From Octopus vulgaris (lineage: Eukaryota): a stretch of DNA of 64,000 bases. The position numbers were made by a program, and so were the translations under genes. The notes beneath the pieces are model-generated. The model saw nothing but the letters and a program-made list of their open reading frames with translations, was not told where the DNA came from and ran no database searches. This document shows, one piece after another, positions 1 to 13,610 of the stretch. The DNA lies in NCBI GenBank assembly GCA_951406725.2, contig OX597816.1, forward strand, positions 85,932,001-85,996,000, read 5' to 3'. Numbering within the stretch: position 1 is the first letter of the stretch; every line of letters starts with the position of its first letter.

Positions 1-330
1 ACACCAACTAATACATACTAATACGTACTAATACATACTAGTACATACTAATACTTACACCAACCCTATACATACACACGTCCAGACCCCGCATACGCAC
101 TTATACTCTCTCACACACACACACACACACCTATACATACCAATACGTACTAATACATACTAATACATACTAATACACACACCAACCCCATACATACGCA
201 CGTCCAGACCAATCCCACGCACTGATACTCTCTCATACACACACACACACACACACACACCCTTATACATACTAATACATACACCAACCCTATACATACA
301 CATCCAGACCCCTCCCACGCACTTTTAGCT
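1..330. repeat. Degenerate ~105-120 bp minisatellite with embedded (CA)n and TACTAATACA repeats
   Basis: The unit ACACCAACCC(T/C)ATACATAC..TCCAGACC recurs at about 57, 178 and 281. Confidence 0.7.
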
Positions 331-482
331 GGTCCCTCAACCCTATTATCTCCCCTTATTTCGCTCTCGCGTCTCATGTTTGATCTTTGACCTCTGGCCG
401 AAATCAGATCGCCATGTTGATTCGTTAGCTACTGCACGCATTTTTTTCTCTCCTTCTTTCTGTGTTTTTCTCTCTCTGTGTA

Positions 483-520
483 TCTTTCTGTTGAAGAGCG
501 TAGGCTCGAAACGTTAAAGA
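483..520 (+). ncRNA. Minimal type-I hammerhead ribozyme-like motif (PLE-associated)
   Basis: TCTTT-CTGTTGA-A-GAGC-GTAG-GCTC-GAAAC-GTT-AAAGA. Stem I is TCTTT/AAAGA, stem II is GAGC/GCTC, and a palindromic ACGT replaces stem III. Core A6 is changed to T. Confidence 0.6.
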
Positions 521-650
521 CTTGTTTTATTTATATTTCCTGAGCGCCATACTAATACAATTGTTCGTTTGTTTTCCACCTGCCTTCGTCTTTTGTTTAT
601 TTTCATAAAGCTTCCCGTTATATATATATATATATATATATATAAAGATA

Positions 651-1088
651 AATTAAATATAGCGATATTCAATTGAGAATCCAATAATTTCTTTATATTA
701 CAATATTACATTAAATAATATGGACGCAGTATATAACATAAAATAATATTATATAACACGAATAATTATGAAAACCATAAAAGGCCAACAATTTGTTTCG
801 ACTTATTAATTCAAATTGGTTTTTACAATCCAGCCGTACTTTCAAGCGGAATTTCATCTTTTTTCTAAAGTCAAGGCACTGAAGTTACTTTATTCAAAAT
901 TGGACTATGATTATGTATATCAGAAAAAATACATATAAGTCGAAGCAATTTGTTGGAATTTTATGGTTTTCATAATTATTTATGTTATATAATATGATGC
1001 TATGTTATATATAATATTCATGGTATTTAATGTAATATTTTAATATAAACAAATTACTGGATTGTGAATTGAATGTCTATATTTAATT
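651..1088. repeat. Long imperfect inverted repeat (foldback/MITE-like), arms ~155 bp
   Basis: 651-806 is the approximate reverse complement of 935-1088, e.g. AATAATTATGAAAACCATAAAA / TTTTATGGTTTTCATAATTATT. (TA)n tracts lie on both sides. Confidence 0.75.
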
Positions 1089-1192
1089 CAACTTTATAAT
1101 TGAATTATACCAATGTTTATATGGTATCCATCGGACGTACCAGTGAATTGGATGTTAGCACACCACTTTGAAGGATTTCATTTCCTCAGTTT

Positions 1193-1241
<49 letters not shown>

Positions 1242-1817
1242 AATTTAGCAATCTATACCCAGTATTTATATAGTTAAATGTTTCGATTCTTCGGCTGGAT
1301 AATACACAGATGAATTTATTCACTGTTGGACTATTCTGACTCGTCACGATGCTTGAGGATATTTATTTGGTTTGAATTATTGATGTATAAAGATGGAACT
1401 AAGTGCGCATGTCTTTTACCTCGTGTATTTCGGTACATATTATAATTTCATAATTATACATTTTCCAGCGACATTACTGATGAACAACAGATGATTAATT
1501 AATGAACTGATTGACTAATTAATTGATTTATTTGATTATTAATGGTGATATTCATGGCCATAGGGTTAACTGAGACTTTTTTTCATTTAGATATCCCGCT
1601 CGCTTACAAGCAATGTGCTTCAGGAAGAATATTTCCTTTTGTGGTTTTTAATTATCGGCATGAAAGGAGTCCACATAGTAGTCTTCTGTTCATGTATAAC
1701 TGTTTATACACTATTATATATATGCATATAGTTCAAATTTACAGAAAGAAAAGACAAAGACAGATGAGTGAACAGCTAGCAGGTGTGTTGGTTTGACGCT
1801 TGGGGAGAATGGAAAAG

Positions 1818-1855
1818 TCTTTGACGTTTCGAGCCTAAGCTCCTCGACAGAAAAG
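1818..1855 (-). ncRNA. Minimal hammerhead ribozyme-like motif, same family as 483-520
   Basis: The minus strand reads CTTTT-CTGTCGA-G-GAGC-TTAG-GCTC-GAAAC-GTC-AAAGA, with a GUC cleavage triplet. Confidence 0.55.
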
Positions 1856-1924
1856 GTTGAGAGGAATAAAATGAAGAGAAAATGAAAGCACGTATGGGGA
1901 TTAATAGTTTAACATGATGATAAA

Positions 1925-1977
<53 letters not shown>

Positions 1978-3390
1978 TACACACACACACACACATCTTT
2001 GACATGAAGGGTCTCTTTCCGAATGGCTAGGGTTCTAATCAGATCACTAACATGAAGAAATATTCAATATTATGTATATTTTCTTCGATCCAATTATACA
2101 TAACTTTTGTTGTAAAAAGGTATACGATAAATATGTGTTTGAATACAAGTTTTTCGCTCTATTCTATAAAATATATGCAGTCTGTTCTATAAAATATCTA
2201 CAAGACTGTGATGATATGATCAAATGAAACTTTGGAGGCCGTCCCCCAACCCGGTTGTCGACTTAAAAATAAAGGAATATTCATTAGCATGAGATAATGC
2301 ATATTTGCAGTTTTAATAGCAATTAGAGTTTTATGTTACAGCTAGCCAATTTGCATGGTGTCTTTTAATATTAATATTAACTTTGTAATGTCGCAATCTG
2401 TTCCGTACATAATCTGCACCTGCTTCGAGTAATAAAGTTTCCAATCCTTCGGAAATTTATATATATATATATATGTATATATGTGTGTTTGTGTGTGCTT
2501 GTGTGTGTGTGTTTGTGTGTGCATAAATATTAACGATATTTTGCACTGTTAATATTGATTTCTAATATCTACACAAAGCCAGACATATTAGCTGAAGGGA
2601 GATTTGAATATATTTTCCAAGATATACTACGTCTGAATAATAATAAAAAGGAAAACGATTGATTTTCTTTGATCGTAGTTCTGCTTGGTGAAGCCAGACA
2701 TAGGTCAACAATCAGAGTTATAATTGACTGATATATTATATTAAATCAACTACAGAATATTGATGAGTAAATTGTTCTCACTGAAATTGGAACTCAGAAT
2801 GCAAGGTTACGTAGCTATGCAAATATTCCATTGATCATATGAGAGTACCATCCCACCAATATGCATTGACTTGTAAAGCTGAAACAGAGCCAAAATTTTG
2901 GGGGGTAATATCAGGGATATTATCTTCATGGGCATAATGTCAATCTTCTATTGAATAAATTCTATTCTCAGGCCACCATTACGCCAGCAAAAATTTAACT
3001 TGAAATATCAAAATCATAGTAGAGAGGTCTACGATATGCTAGAAATAGCAAACCATTTCTCAGAAATCATGCCTTATTGGTTTAAATGGTTTGGGATTGA
3101 ATGCCTTCCTGTTTATTTTAAAACAAAAAGCGCAATGCAATACAAAAACAACATCCAAAAGTTAATCTATATTTCCAGTCATCCTATGTATACCAGTCAT
3201 TAAGGCATGAGTCTATATGACTTGTGTTATTATAGTTTGCCCCGTCTTTCAAATTTCTGATAAAGGCTCCATAGATATATTAAACATTTTATGAGTTAAC
3301 AATTTGCATACTGGTAATATAGATTTATCAATAAAATATACTAAATTTATTCATTTCCTTTAAAAGTGGAATGTAGGATAATGAAGATGC

Positions 3391-3392
<2 letters not shown>

Positions 3393-3466
<74 letters not shown>

Positions 3467-3614
3467 AATATGTATATATGTATATATATATATATATATA
3501 ATGGCGTTGCCCCAGCATGGCCACAGCTCGTGAGCTGAAACTAGATAACATAAAAAAAATATATATATACATACATATATATTTATATATACATATATAT
3601 ATATATACATATAT

Positions 3615-3645
<31 letters not shown>

Positions 3646-3677
3646 CATATATATACATATATATATATACATATATA

Positions 3678-3708
<31 letters not shown>

Positions 3709-3729
3709 GTGTGTATATATATATGTATG

Positions 3730-3777
<48 letters not shown>

Positions 3778-3790
3778 CATACATACAATA
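3393..3790. repeat. Long (TA)n/(TACA) microsatellite field containing a SINE 3' tail remnant (3502-3560)
   Basis: Seen directly. CCCCAGCATGGCCACAG..TGAAAC matches the 3' end of the family C SINE copies. Confidence 0.85.
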
Positions 3791-3792
3791 TG

Positions 3793-3939
3793 TGCGTAAC
3801 TGGTACTTAATTTATCGACCCCGAAAGGATGAAAGGCAAAGTCAACCTCGGCGGAATTTGAACTCAGAACGTAACGGCAGACGAAATACGGCTACGCATT
3901 TCGCCCGGCGTGCTACCGTTTCTGCCAGCTCGCCGCCTT
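3793..3939 (-). mobile_element. tRNA-derived SINE family A (Nin/Deu-like central domain), 3'-truncated
   Basis: Reverse complement of AAGGCGGCGAGCTGGCAGAA...GAGTTCAAATTCC (A/B boxes)...CCTTTCATCCTTTCGGGGTCGATAAATTAAGTACCAG. Near-identical to the copies at 9185, 13611 and 22977. Confidence 0.9.
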
Positions 3940-3962
3940 TGTATGTATGTATACCCCCCCCC

Positions 3963-4027
<65 letters not shown>

Positions 4028-5727
4028 CTGACACTGTCCAGTGCAGAAAATGTCATATAACTGAATGTTAAACTAAGATAAAGCAACACTTGTCAACGAA
4101 TTAAGTGAATGTAACACTACCAGATGAGAAAAGAATTAAGTACAGTTGAATATTCAGTCTTAATGCCGCACTGGCCCTCACCACCTCACGTACAATAAGC
4201 TATTTCAAACTTTGTCTACGTTCCAAAATACCCCGCGATATGTGAAAATCCGCGAAGCAAAAACAGTACTTTACTGAATATATTTTAAAAATTATTTTTA
4301 TGATTTGTATATATTTTTTAATTATAAATGCAAAACGACACCACGGAGGGGTAGAGGTAAGCTTAGATAATAAACCACGATAGGTGAAATGCGATATGGC
4401 TTCATATTGCTTTATACCATCATATTGTTTTACCGGCTCTCCAACTTTTGTCGATGTTTCGGGAAGAGTTCAAAATATTGCCTATACAAGAACCACCTTG
4501 GCAAGTTTATTTCATTTGCGATGATATACACATATCCAGGCTTGCATGTTAATTACGTCTTTATTTCATCCTTTATTTTTCCGAACGGTAGTACATTGAA
4601 ACATCTCTTCAACGTGTAAGGGACCATGTGCAATTGTATACAGCGTATATACTTATACAGAAAGTAGCAAGTTTTAAATTTATTTCACCTACCAACGCAC
4701 CAATATCCCAATCTAGAGAACGATTTCCTCATTCCTTGTTCTCCATTAACACCAACCACTCTGAAATTTGAAAGGCACTTCCTAACCAGCTCTCTCGCTT
4801 TGCACATATTTTCTGTACTTGTTAATTACGTGTTCTCTTCTTGTTTTTTTTTTGTGTTTTTTTGCAAGGAAATGAATTTCCTTGGAGCTTCCTACTTGTA
4901 AACATTTAGCTTCCAATCATCTACATGCATGTCCGTAAACCTTATTAACCTGATCAATTTATAGTTTTAACGTATTGAACACATTGAATATTATAAACAT
5001 AATTAGAAAACATAATTCCCCGGCGTAGAAAAGGGAAATTTTTTTTCAGTCTTTGATATTATTACAAGCAATGCGTCAAGTAAGGAATAAGTTTCAATCT
5101 TTTTTATGAAACCTCCTGAGAACTATGAATTATGTATTTCACAATAGTTTCAAAAATAGCGCTGAGAAACTTTATGTATGAGATGTAAATCACTGTGCAA
5201 GAGCGGGCATTAAATTTAGCATAGTAGAAAAAAAACCCACTGTTGTTAGTTACTTAAAGTCTTTCGCCTCATGAAATATAATAGTGAGATAAGATTGTGC
5301 TTATAACATATACAGAGATCATGTATAAAAATTAAAACTTATTCTACATTCGTAAAAATATAACTTTTCCTCAATATCTTAATTTCGATAAATGCAGGAC
5401 ACTATATAGTCGATGTTTCGCATAACATCCAAGACAGAATTTGGGTATAGAGAGATCCAGGGGACGATTTAAATATATATATAACAGCGGAAACAGAGTA
5501 GCATTCGATGTCTATCATACCAGTAAAATAATATTTGTATAAGGAAAGTAAAAATGTTGTACCTGAATGTACGTTAAAATGAGATCATATTCAGACATAA
5601 GACGATGGATAGTTTAAAGGCTATATTCTTCGTCATGTCTTTAACTATGCTTGCTGTAAACAAAATTGTGCTGGAATATGACTAAAGATGCATTTCTTAT
5701 AATGTATATAATTATATATATATATAG

Positions 5728-5900
5728 CTAATCCAAACATGAAAACACAACAACGCGAGGACGTGGAACAAATATAGTATTATTGGACCCTCAGGAAAGG
5801 AAAGAAAGAAGAAAGATTTAACGTTTCGAACGGAGCTCTTCACCAGATACATAGAAAAAGGAAATGTTCAAGGAAGGGAAGACGGAGAAAGAAAATGGCA
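5728..5900 (-). mobile_element. PLE-end-like module with decayed hammerhead motif (5814-5850)
   Basis: The minus strand reads CTGGTGA-A-GAGC-TCCG-TTC-GAAAC-GTT. The downstream sequence resembles 535-620 and likewise runs into (TA)n. Confidence 0.45.
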
Positions 5901-7319
5901 AAGACTGCATAATTTTACAGCGCAGATATACTGGAGGTGATTGGAGGGAGAAACAGCGGGTATTTCTAGCAGATCTCGTGAATACTTTGAACATCCCTTT
6001 TTTGTTTCGCTCGAAAGATATGGTTACTAACTTCATATAGACTAAATTTATACGTGACAGGATATTACAGACCATTGAATAAGGATTTAATTCCTTATAA
6101 TTTTCAGTCCGTCACTTGCAATAAATATAACATGAAGAATAATCGTACTTTCTCATATTTTGTTGATTAAATGATGGTGTGAATGACTCTATAACCCTAT
6201 AAAATATGAAATCCAATAATATACGGTGATGTCATAATTATTTCAATTCTGCATTGAAGAATATAGAAAAACAAGTTCACGGTGCTCATTGGCATTTCTG
6301 GAAATTTCTCAACTATTATGTAAATTTACATTAAATATTCGTTATTTTTTCCTTTCCTTTCCTTATACTTTTACACTTTTACTTGTTTCGGAGATTGAGC
6401 AGTAGCCTATAGCAATATTTTGAAATGTTTAAGTTAAGGAAATCGATGCCCGTATAATTTCAAATATTGTACTTAAGCAATGCATCTTTATTTGCAACAA
6501 ACTTTAATTTACGGGGATGTAAACATTCGTAAAGCGGTTGTCAAATATACAAGAGAAAAACGGAGGCGTGTGTGCGTGTATGAGAGAGAGAGAGAGTGTG
6601 TGTGTGTGCATGTCTGTGTGTGTGTGTCTGTGTGCGTGCGTGTGTCTGTGTGTTTCGTGTGCTTTGAATCCGCTCACTTTCCATCTAACAAATTCGTTCA
6701 CAAAGCCTTTTGTCTCAGAAGGCAATAAACCCAAAGTGCCGGGAGTAGAAAGGAAGGCAAGCTGGTCGTGAAAGGAATTTCTTCCCATTTCGAATCATAT
6801 ATTCTATAGTGGCAGTGTCACGAAAAATATATTGCAAATATTTTTCAGTTGAATGGGGATATTAATCAAAGAATACAGTATTATCGATACACCACAGCTG
6901 ATGTATTACGCTAGGTATTAGATAACAGTCGTCATATAATCTGTATCCGCCAATCCTGAAGAGTTCGAGTATCAGATAACCGGTCTCTAATCTAATTAAC
7001 AAGATCGGCTATAACAGATCTATGATACAGTACACTTTAAGTATGCGGCATTATGTATTTATACATACATACAATGATACATACATACACACATACATAC
7101 ATAAATAAATACATACATACATACATACATACATACATTCACACGTACACATATATGTATATGCATATTTGTACATAAATATATACATATATACTTATGT
7201 TTATATGTACATGTGTGTGTATAAATATATTGTTGTTATTTTCATTATTATTATTGTTATTATTATTATTATCATCATTATTGTTGTTGTTATTATTATT
7301 GTAGTTATTTCTTTTTATT

Positions 7320-8290
7320 TCAGAGTTTGTTGGAATTTATGGAGTCTTGCATGAGTAGCGGGCTTGCTCCCTGAAGCCTGCGGTACCTTGCTATCTGTTC
7401 TTTTCAACTATCTGATACTTTCCTTTTTATTCTGGCCGTGCCAACGAGGCAAAACTTTTGCAACAGTTCTACTGGGCATTCAATTCCGATTTTCTTTATA
7501 TATCTCATAATGTCTTCTGTTACTGTCTCCAAGGTCATAACAATAATTGACAGCATCTTCACCTTCTGCATATTCTATTACCGGGTTATTTCGAACTTAA
7601 GAGGGTCGTATTTATCTATTTTTGTCACCTTCCTTCTTGACTATTCATGTGTCAAAGGTGCATACAACATCAAATAAATAGCACATGTGGTAGATCTTGT
7701 TTACCACCAGTAGGTGCGATCTATTATGCTCTACCACTTGATCTGTTTGGAATGAGAAATCCCAGAAGATTTTGCAAGTCTCTCACTCCGGCACTTTGCA
7801 ATTTGTGTTCATACCACGTCTTGCTTCTCCCAAACTCCCACTTTTCACATAGCTTCTAGTATAGCACTTCACTGCCTTATCGTGTCGTCACAACTTGTAG
7901 TGGTTTTGGGCAAGTGTAGGGCATTCGTTCGTGATATGGGCAATAGTTTTGTCCTCTCTATTGCAAATGCGGCACAGCGGAGACAGTTGCTCATTCCTAA
8001 GGTCGACCCTCCAATTCGTGACCAAATCTCGCTGCCAGTATAGCGCTCCCAGTCTCTTTTTTCAATGTCCCTTTCTTCAGCTAATTCCACCTAAGTTTTC
8101 CAGCAACTTCAATTATATTTACATGGAACTGATTGTGTAGTCCCTTCTTTCAGAATGCTTCTTCATGTTGTTTTTGTAATTCCTTTCCTTTTTCCTTTTT
8201 TCTCTGCTTTCAATACTCCCTGATACCAATAAGGTTTCCTTAATTTAGGATAGATATTTCATTACACCCTCAATTTCGATACGTGCTTCC
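7320..8290 (-). mobile_element. R4/Dong-clade (RLE) non-LTR retrotransposon, decayed 3' fragment
   Basis: Minus-strand remnants ICNREDKTIAHI (zinc knuckle) and LAQNHYKL*RHDKAV. It ends in a degenerate (TAA)n tract at ~7228-7310. Confidence 0.7.
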
Positions 8291-8292
8291 AA

Positions 8293-8745
8293 TATTATTA
8301 TTATCATTCAGTAGTCTTACGTTTATCACGTGCTTTCACTGCACTACCGAGCGCAGCTCTGTGTGCCTTGGGTATGTGCTGTGGTTTGTTGTGGTGCTCT
8401 TATTTTCACTGTATTGAAGACATTTTACGCAGGATGTGAGCGGTACCTAGTAGTGCTATTTTCTGTTTGTTATATATACTTGTAAGGCTTGGTGTTTTTG
8501 TTATGTATTTGTCTGAATATATTTTTTATCATACCTAATGAGCCTATTTGCAGGAATTCTTTCTGCTTTTAGGCTCCACATTCGAATTACCTCTATTTCC
8601 AGATCTTTCTATTTTGAAAGTTTATCCTTCTCTTTCAGAGATACATCGATGAGAAAGCGTTTTTTATCTTGGTGATCTCCGACTATTACATCCGGCCTAT
8701 TGGCCTTAATTTCTCTATCTGTGTATATCGGCGTATCCCGGAGGC
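8293..8745 (-). mobile_element. R4/Dong-clade LINE 3' fragment, same family as 29041-30088
   Basis: The reverse complement matches 29635-30090 (RPDVIV endonuclease motif, CATACCCAAGGCACACAGAGCTGCGCTCGGTA 3' UTR, ACTACTGAA+TAA tail). Confidence 0.85.
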
Positions 8746-8769
8746 TTAATGTATTTTCTCACGAGAGTT

Positions 8770-9120
8770 CCGGACACCAGTAATGAACTTATTTGCATAC
8801 AACCAATCAGAGCTCACCTTGATATGGTTGTCAAGTTAACAATCACCCTCTACCAGGTAAACTCAAGACGAAGAATGATGTTGTAAATCGACCGATCACC
8901 AAGTTATGTCTGATTTGAGAAGGAGACAAATAAATAGATAGATTTGCATCTATACATATTCTCGGATTTTGTTAGGGCACATATAGTAAAGATGTGGACG
9001 GGAAAATGTGGATAAAGGGTGAGGTGCAAGCAAACCCCTCCCATTACTGGGAGTGCATCCATGGTTGACACAAGAACAAGAACAACAAGCATTATCAAAT
9101 GTGGAAAGAAGCATGGTCAT
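8770..9120 (-). mobile_element. Possible highly decayed APE-endonuclease remnant of a LINE
   Basis: The minus strand gives GGVCL...FTIC followed by a frameshifted GDF..HHSS-like segment. Weak. Confidence 0.3.
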
Positions 9121-9184
9121 TTCTTACCCAAGTGACTTTATCTTATCGCCCATCACACGTTATGTGCTCATAAATTAGTTTGAT

Positions 9185-9414
9185 AGGCGAGCTGGCAGAA
9201 TCGTTAGCAGGCCGGGCGAAATGCCTAGCGGTATTTCGTCTACAGTTACGTTCTGAGTTCAAATTCCGCCGAGGTCGACTTTACCTTTCATCCTTTCGGG
9301 GTCGATTAAATAAATACCAGTTACGCACTGGGGTCGATGTAATCGACTTGATCCCTTTGTCTATCCCTGTTTGTTCCCTCTATGTTTAGCTCCCCAGTGG
9401 GCAATAAAGAAATA
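9185..9414 (+). mobile_element. SINE family A, full length, with TSD
   Basis: A/B boxes, Nin-like domain and an AATAAAGAAAT tail. TSD ATAAATTAGTTTG at 9170-9182 and 9415-9427. Confidence 0.92.
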
Positions 9415-9582
9415 ATAAATTAGTTTGTTAGTTGAACTCTGATTCGCTGTATGCAAATGAATTAATAACTGGGGTCCGGAACTCATGTGGGAAAAAATTT
9501 CGCATCCTGTAGCTTGGTTGCTTTCACATTTTCTGTGACCTTTTTCTGGAGTGTATCTATACCATCATTTTTCTGTTGTTAT

Positions 9583-9647
<65 letters not shown>

Positions 9648-9699
9648 TATTATTTTATACAGCTTGATTTGGTTCCATGTAGATTAGTTTTTTAGGAGA

Positions 9700-10110
9700 G
9701 TCACAGGAACCTAGCTCGTCGAGTTAAGTATAAAACAATACATTTCTTTGATCATTGATTTCATACATTTGTGTCCTATTACACTTTTCTTCCCATCTGT
9801 GGTTAAATGAACACAAACGATAATATGACATCAATCCTAAAAGTCATATCACAAATTTAAGTTAACTTTAACTACATATTTTACACGAAGTCAATGCTAC
9901 CTACACAAACACGACAGTGTCTTCATCAACCTCTTACTGTCAACCACCTCCTTACTAAGGCCCGCTTTTTCTTCGCCGATATTTCCTTCTCTTTCAGTCT
10001 TTACTCACGAATTTCATCTTCTTTATGTTCATATCCATTTCTCTTTCGGCAAACACTCTACTGTTATATTTCCTTATATTCCACAAAATTATAGCATTAA
10101 AGGTTTAATT
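9700..10110 (+). mobile_element. Possible decayed I/Nimb-clade LINE 3' end
   Basis: QCLHQPLTVNHLLT resembles the C-terminal C..C...LTV.H.L..C zinc knuckle of I-group LINEs. Confidence 0.3.
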
Positions 10111-10741
10111 TGTAATTATCTACTTCGTAATATGAAAGAAAAATTATGTGAAACACTCCCCCTGCAGAGAGAACTCCGTCGAAATTTCGAAGTCACTATC
10201 GATCGCATCCTTATCAAAACTAAGTACACGTGACTCTTTATTTGACTGTTCATTGAAATAATGCTTAACAGTTTCCCTATACAATTAACAATAAAGACAC
10301 ACACCAATATCAGAAATGTGTGTGTATACGTTTGTGTGTATGTATGTGTGTGCGTGTGTGTGTGTGAGTGTGTGTGTGTGTGTGTGTGCGCGCATTTGTA
10401 TGTATCTATCCCTTCGTCTGTCGATAGTACAAAGGTGAGCTATATAGTTATATAAATTGTTGCTTTTCTGTTGACCCGTTGCTAAAATTCTAATGCATCA
10501 TAAAAGTGAGAATCGTGTGAGCCTACACTCACACACACACACACACACACACATGAATGTGTATAAATATATATATATATATATAATTATATAATTATAA
10601 ATCTATATAAATATATATATGTAATATGTGTATATATATATATATATATATTACCAACATCTGATCATACGTATTTATCTACATATCTATATTTCTATCT
10701 TTATATGTGTGTGCGCGTGGATACATATCTATCTACCTGCC

Positions 10742-10880
10742 TACATACATACATACATACATACATACATACATACATACATACATACATACATACATAC
10801 ATACGTACATACGTACATACATACATACATACATACATACATACATACATACATACATACATTCTTGCGTACATACATAC
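10742..10880. repeat. (TACA)n microsatellite
   Basis: Seen directly. Confidence 0.95.
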
Positions 10881-11521
10881 ACATGCACATGAGTGAGAGA
10901 GAGAAAGTGTGTGTAGTAGCATTTCTATTTGTACATGCATACACATATATTGACGTGTACACACGCACGAAAGTAATCGACATGTTAAATGAAAAATATT
11001 ATTGTCATCTAGAATTCATCAATCAAACTATCTTAATGGCAATTTAAAAAAAGAAATCAATAACGTTTTTATAATTCTGTCATTAGTTATGTTTAAACTA
11101 AGTCATTAATATAAGCTATAAAATGAAAATGAACTAAGAATATAATATATAACCGAAAAACAATGGAAAATGAAGTCAGTACTGCACTTTTGTTTATAAA
11201 TTCCGTTTTCTATTTAATTTTTACTTGGAATGTAAAATATTTATTTATTTATTTGTTTATTTAGTTTTTATTTATCTATTTATTTACATATTTATATATA
11301 TTTATATATTTATATATTTCTTTCTTTATGGAAATGAACGGTGAAGTGAGAGAAGTGTATCATAAAAAAACTTTATTGTTCCGTTCTTTGTGATAGGAGC
11401 TTTATGACATACACTTAGACACACACAAAACTTTTTCTCATTGAAGAATTCTAGACTTATTTATCTGCGTGAGTATACACACACACACACACATCCATCC
11501 ATCCATCTATTCTTCCAAGCC

Positions 11522-11600
<79 letters not shown>

Positions 11601-11640
11601 GTATCTGTATGTCTGTCTGTCTGTCTGTCTATATCTTTAT
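11522..11640. repeat. (TCTA)n/(TCTG)n microsatellite
   Basis: Seen directly. Confidence 0.95.
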
Positions 11641-12409
11641 CTATACGTGTACCTACCTATCTACCTCTAAATACAATATGAACGAATGTGTGTGCGTGAG
11701 TGAGAGAGTGAGTGGAGGTGTGAGTGAGTGAGTTAGTGTGTGTGTGTGTGTATGGTGTCGTGCTCATTTTACGTAATACGTTGCAACAGGATGTTGGTAG
11801 AGAGCTATGAAGTCCTATTGGCTATAATCAAAATGCACATTGCTGCAAACGAGCGTATCTAGAGAGACAGTGATATAATGTTACATACACATAAAGCATA
11901 TTTCCGCGTGTTTTTGTGTTTATATGCGTCTGTCTAGGTATACGTGTGTATAATGTGCATAATTTTGCTTGTTGCAATATATAGCAAAAAAATCGTGATT
12001 TTGTTAAGTCATGCATAAATTTGATGTTTATAATCCAATAAGAATTGACAATTTGTAAATATGATTATAACTTAGAATTACTATCATGTCGATATTCTAT
12101 CTACTTCCTAATCATATATCAACGCTGAAGTCGATAATCATGTACCAAGAGTCATGTTATCATTTCGTTTTATTACTTCATTTTAGCTTCAGATTTTTAT
12201 AAGGAAGTCTAAGTGATTAATGCACTCAGAGATTTGTGTTTTGCGTTTGGTTAAATGTGGCATGAGATAATTACTAAAATCTCTGTCCTGAGCTCGGACT
12301 TTTTATCCTAGAGAATATTTACATGCAATTATTTATAGTCTTGTCTACTTCGATGTTCATTTTCCAGTGTATGATATTAATCTCTTGTAGTCTGAGAAAG
12401 GCGGTCCTT

Positions 12410-12670
12410 CAATTTCCTGCTGAACAACCTGCACAAATAATTTGTTTACAGTGATCATGTATATGCTGATTCATGTATATGCTCTCTCCCTCCATCAAAT
12501 TGACTTTGTCCGCAGAGGTACTCGGTGTACCACGCATCAGGTATCGAAGTGATCGCAGACCAACGTTAGATGAATTGTTTTGCTAAGAGCACCTCGTATC
12601 ATCCCGTCCAGGAATTGAAATTACAGCTTCGCGGTCGGGAGTGCAGCATCCTAAACACTAGTTCATGAGC
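12410..12670 (-). mobile_element. Old decayed SINE related to family B
   Basis: The reverse complement resembles the head of the 30738 copy (TTAGGATGCTGCACTCCCGACCGCGAAG..TTTCAATTCCTGGACGGG) and its GCAGGTTGTTC tail. Confidence 0.55.
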
Positions 12671-13610
12671 TCTTAATATTTCCAGTAAATAAATATACTT
12701 ACAGATATACACAAAAATATACATCCATCTTCACCAAGATACAAAACATATCCACACATAACCACATACACTGAAATTTGAATCCTTCGTCACTTTTTAT
12801 CATCCCAAATTCCATTCAGAAATGTTTGGTCGACGCCAGCTAAGTTGACAGAAAATAAACACTCACGCGCGCAAGTCTGCTTGTGTCTCTGTACATGAAC
12901 AAATGTTTGTGCGCGGGGAGATCCGTGTATCTTGTTAGTGCGAGCGAGATTATATGGTTTGTAGGTATGAATGGATGACTTGAAGTGTGTTCCTAATCTA
13001 TGAATTTCGTTAGATGTCCAAAAGTTTACATTCTGATATCATTAAATATCTTTTCGGAAAGAATGATCATTACATAATCTCGTCTCAAATATTTGGAAGA
13101 ATATAACCATCATCCATATGGTTTAACTTCGAATGTTATTCAACGGCTGAGTGTACTTAGTGAGTTGAAAGTAGACATAACCTGAAAAACATTTATAAAA
13201 TGCTCACTGATAGAATATATTAGTTCTCATGCGTCAGTATTTTCTTCATGCTTGAATATGGTTGGTTATACCTCTAATATGTTCACATAATCCAAACGCT
13301 CAGTTACTCGTTATATTAATTTTGTCCACCTCTGTAAACTTGGGAAAGGTATATTGCATTGCTCAAAGAGAAAAGGCATCGCAACATTTTCAATCGAAAC
13401 CGAGGCTTGTACATCAGGGAGCCGAGATGCTTAAGCACCAGGACTTACAGCTTCATAAGCCTCCTTGAAGCAATCACATGACATATTTTCTCTAATTGCT
13501 TACTACTAATGCAACATCCATTTTCATGCTCACTAAATTTTCATCTGCAAATAACACTCTTGAGCACAATAGTTATAAAATCATAGAATTCTCAATATTT
13601 TTGTAATCGT

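Noticed and set aside
1-330. Regularly spaced repeats as a CRISPR-like array
   Set aside because: Eukaryotic context, degenerate units, spacers made of microsatellite, and no cas genes.
6956-6996. CTGAAGA...GATAACCGGTC hammerhead-like string
   Set aside because: The GAAA box is broken and there is no credible stem II or stem I. Similar weak strings at ~57800-57825(-) and ~60570-60600(-) were also dropped.
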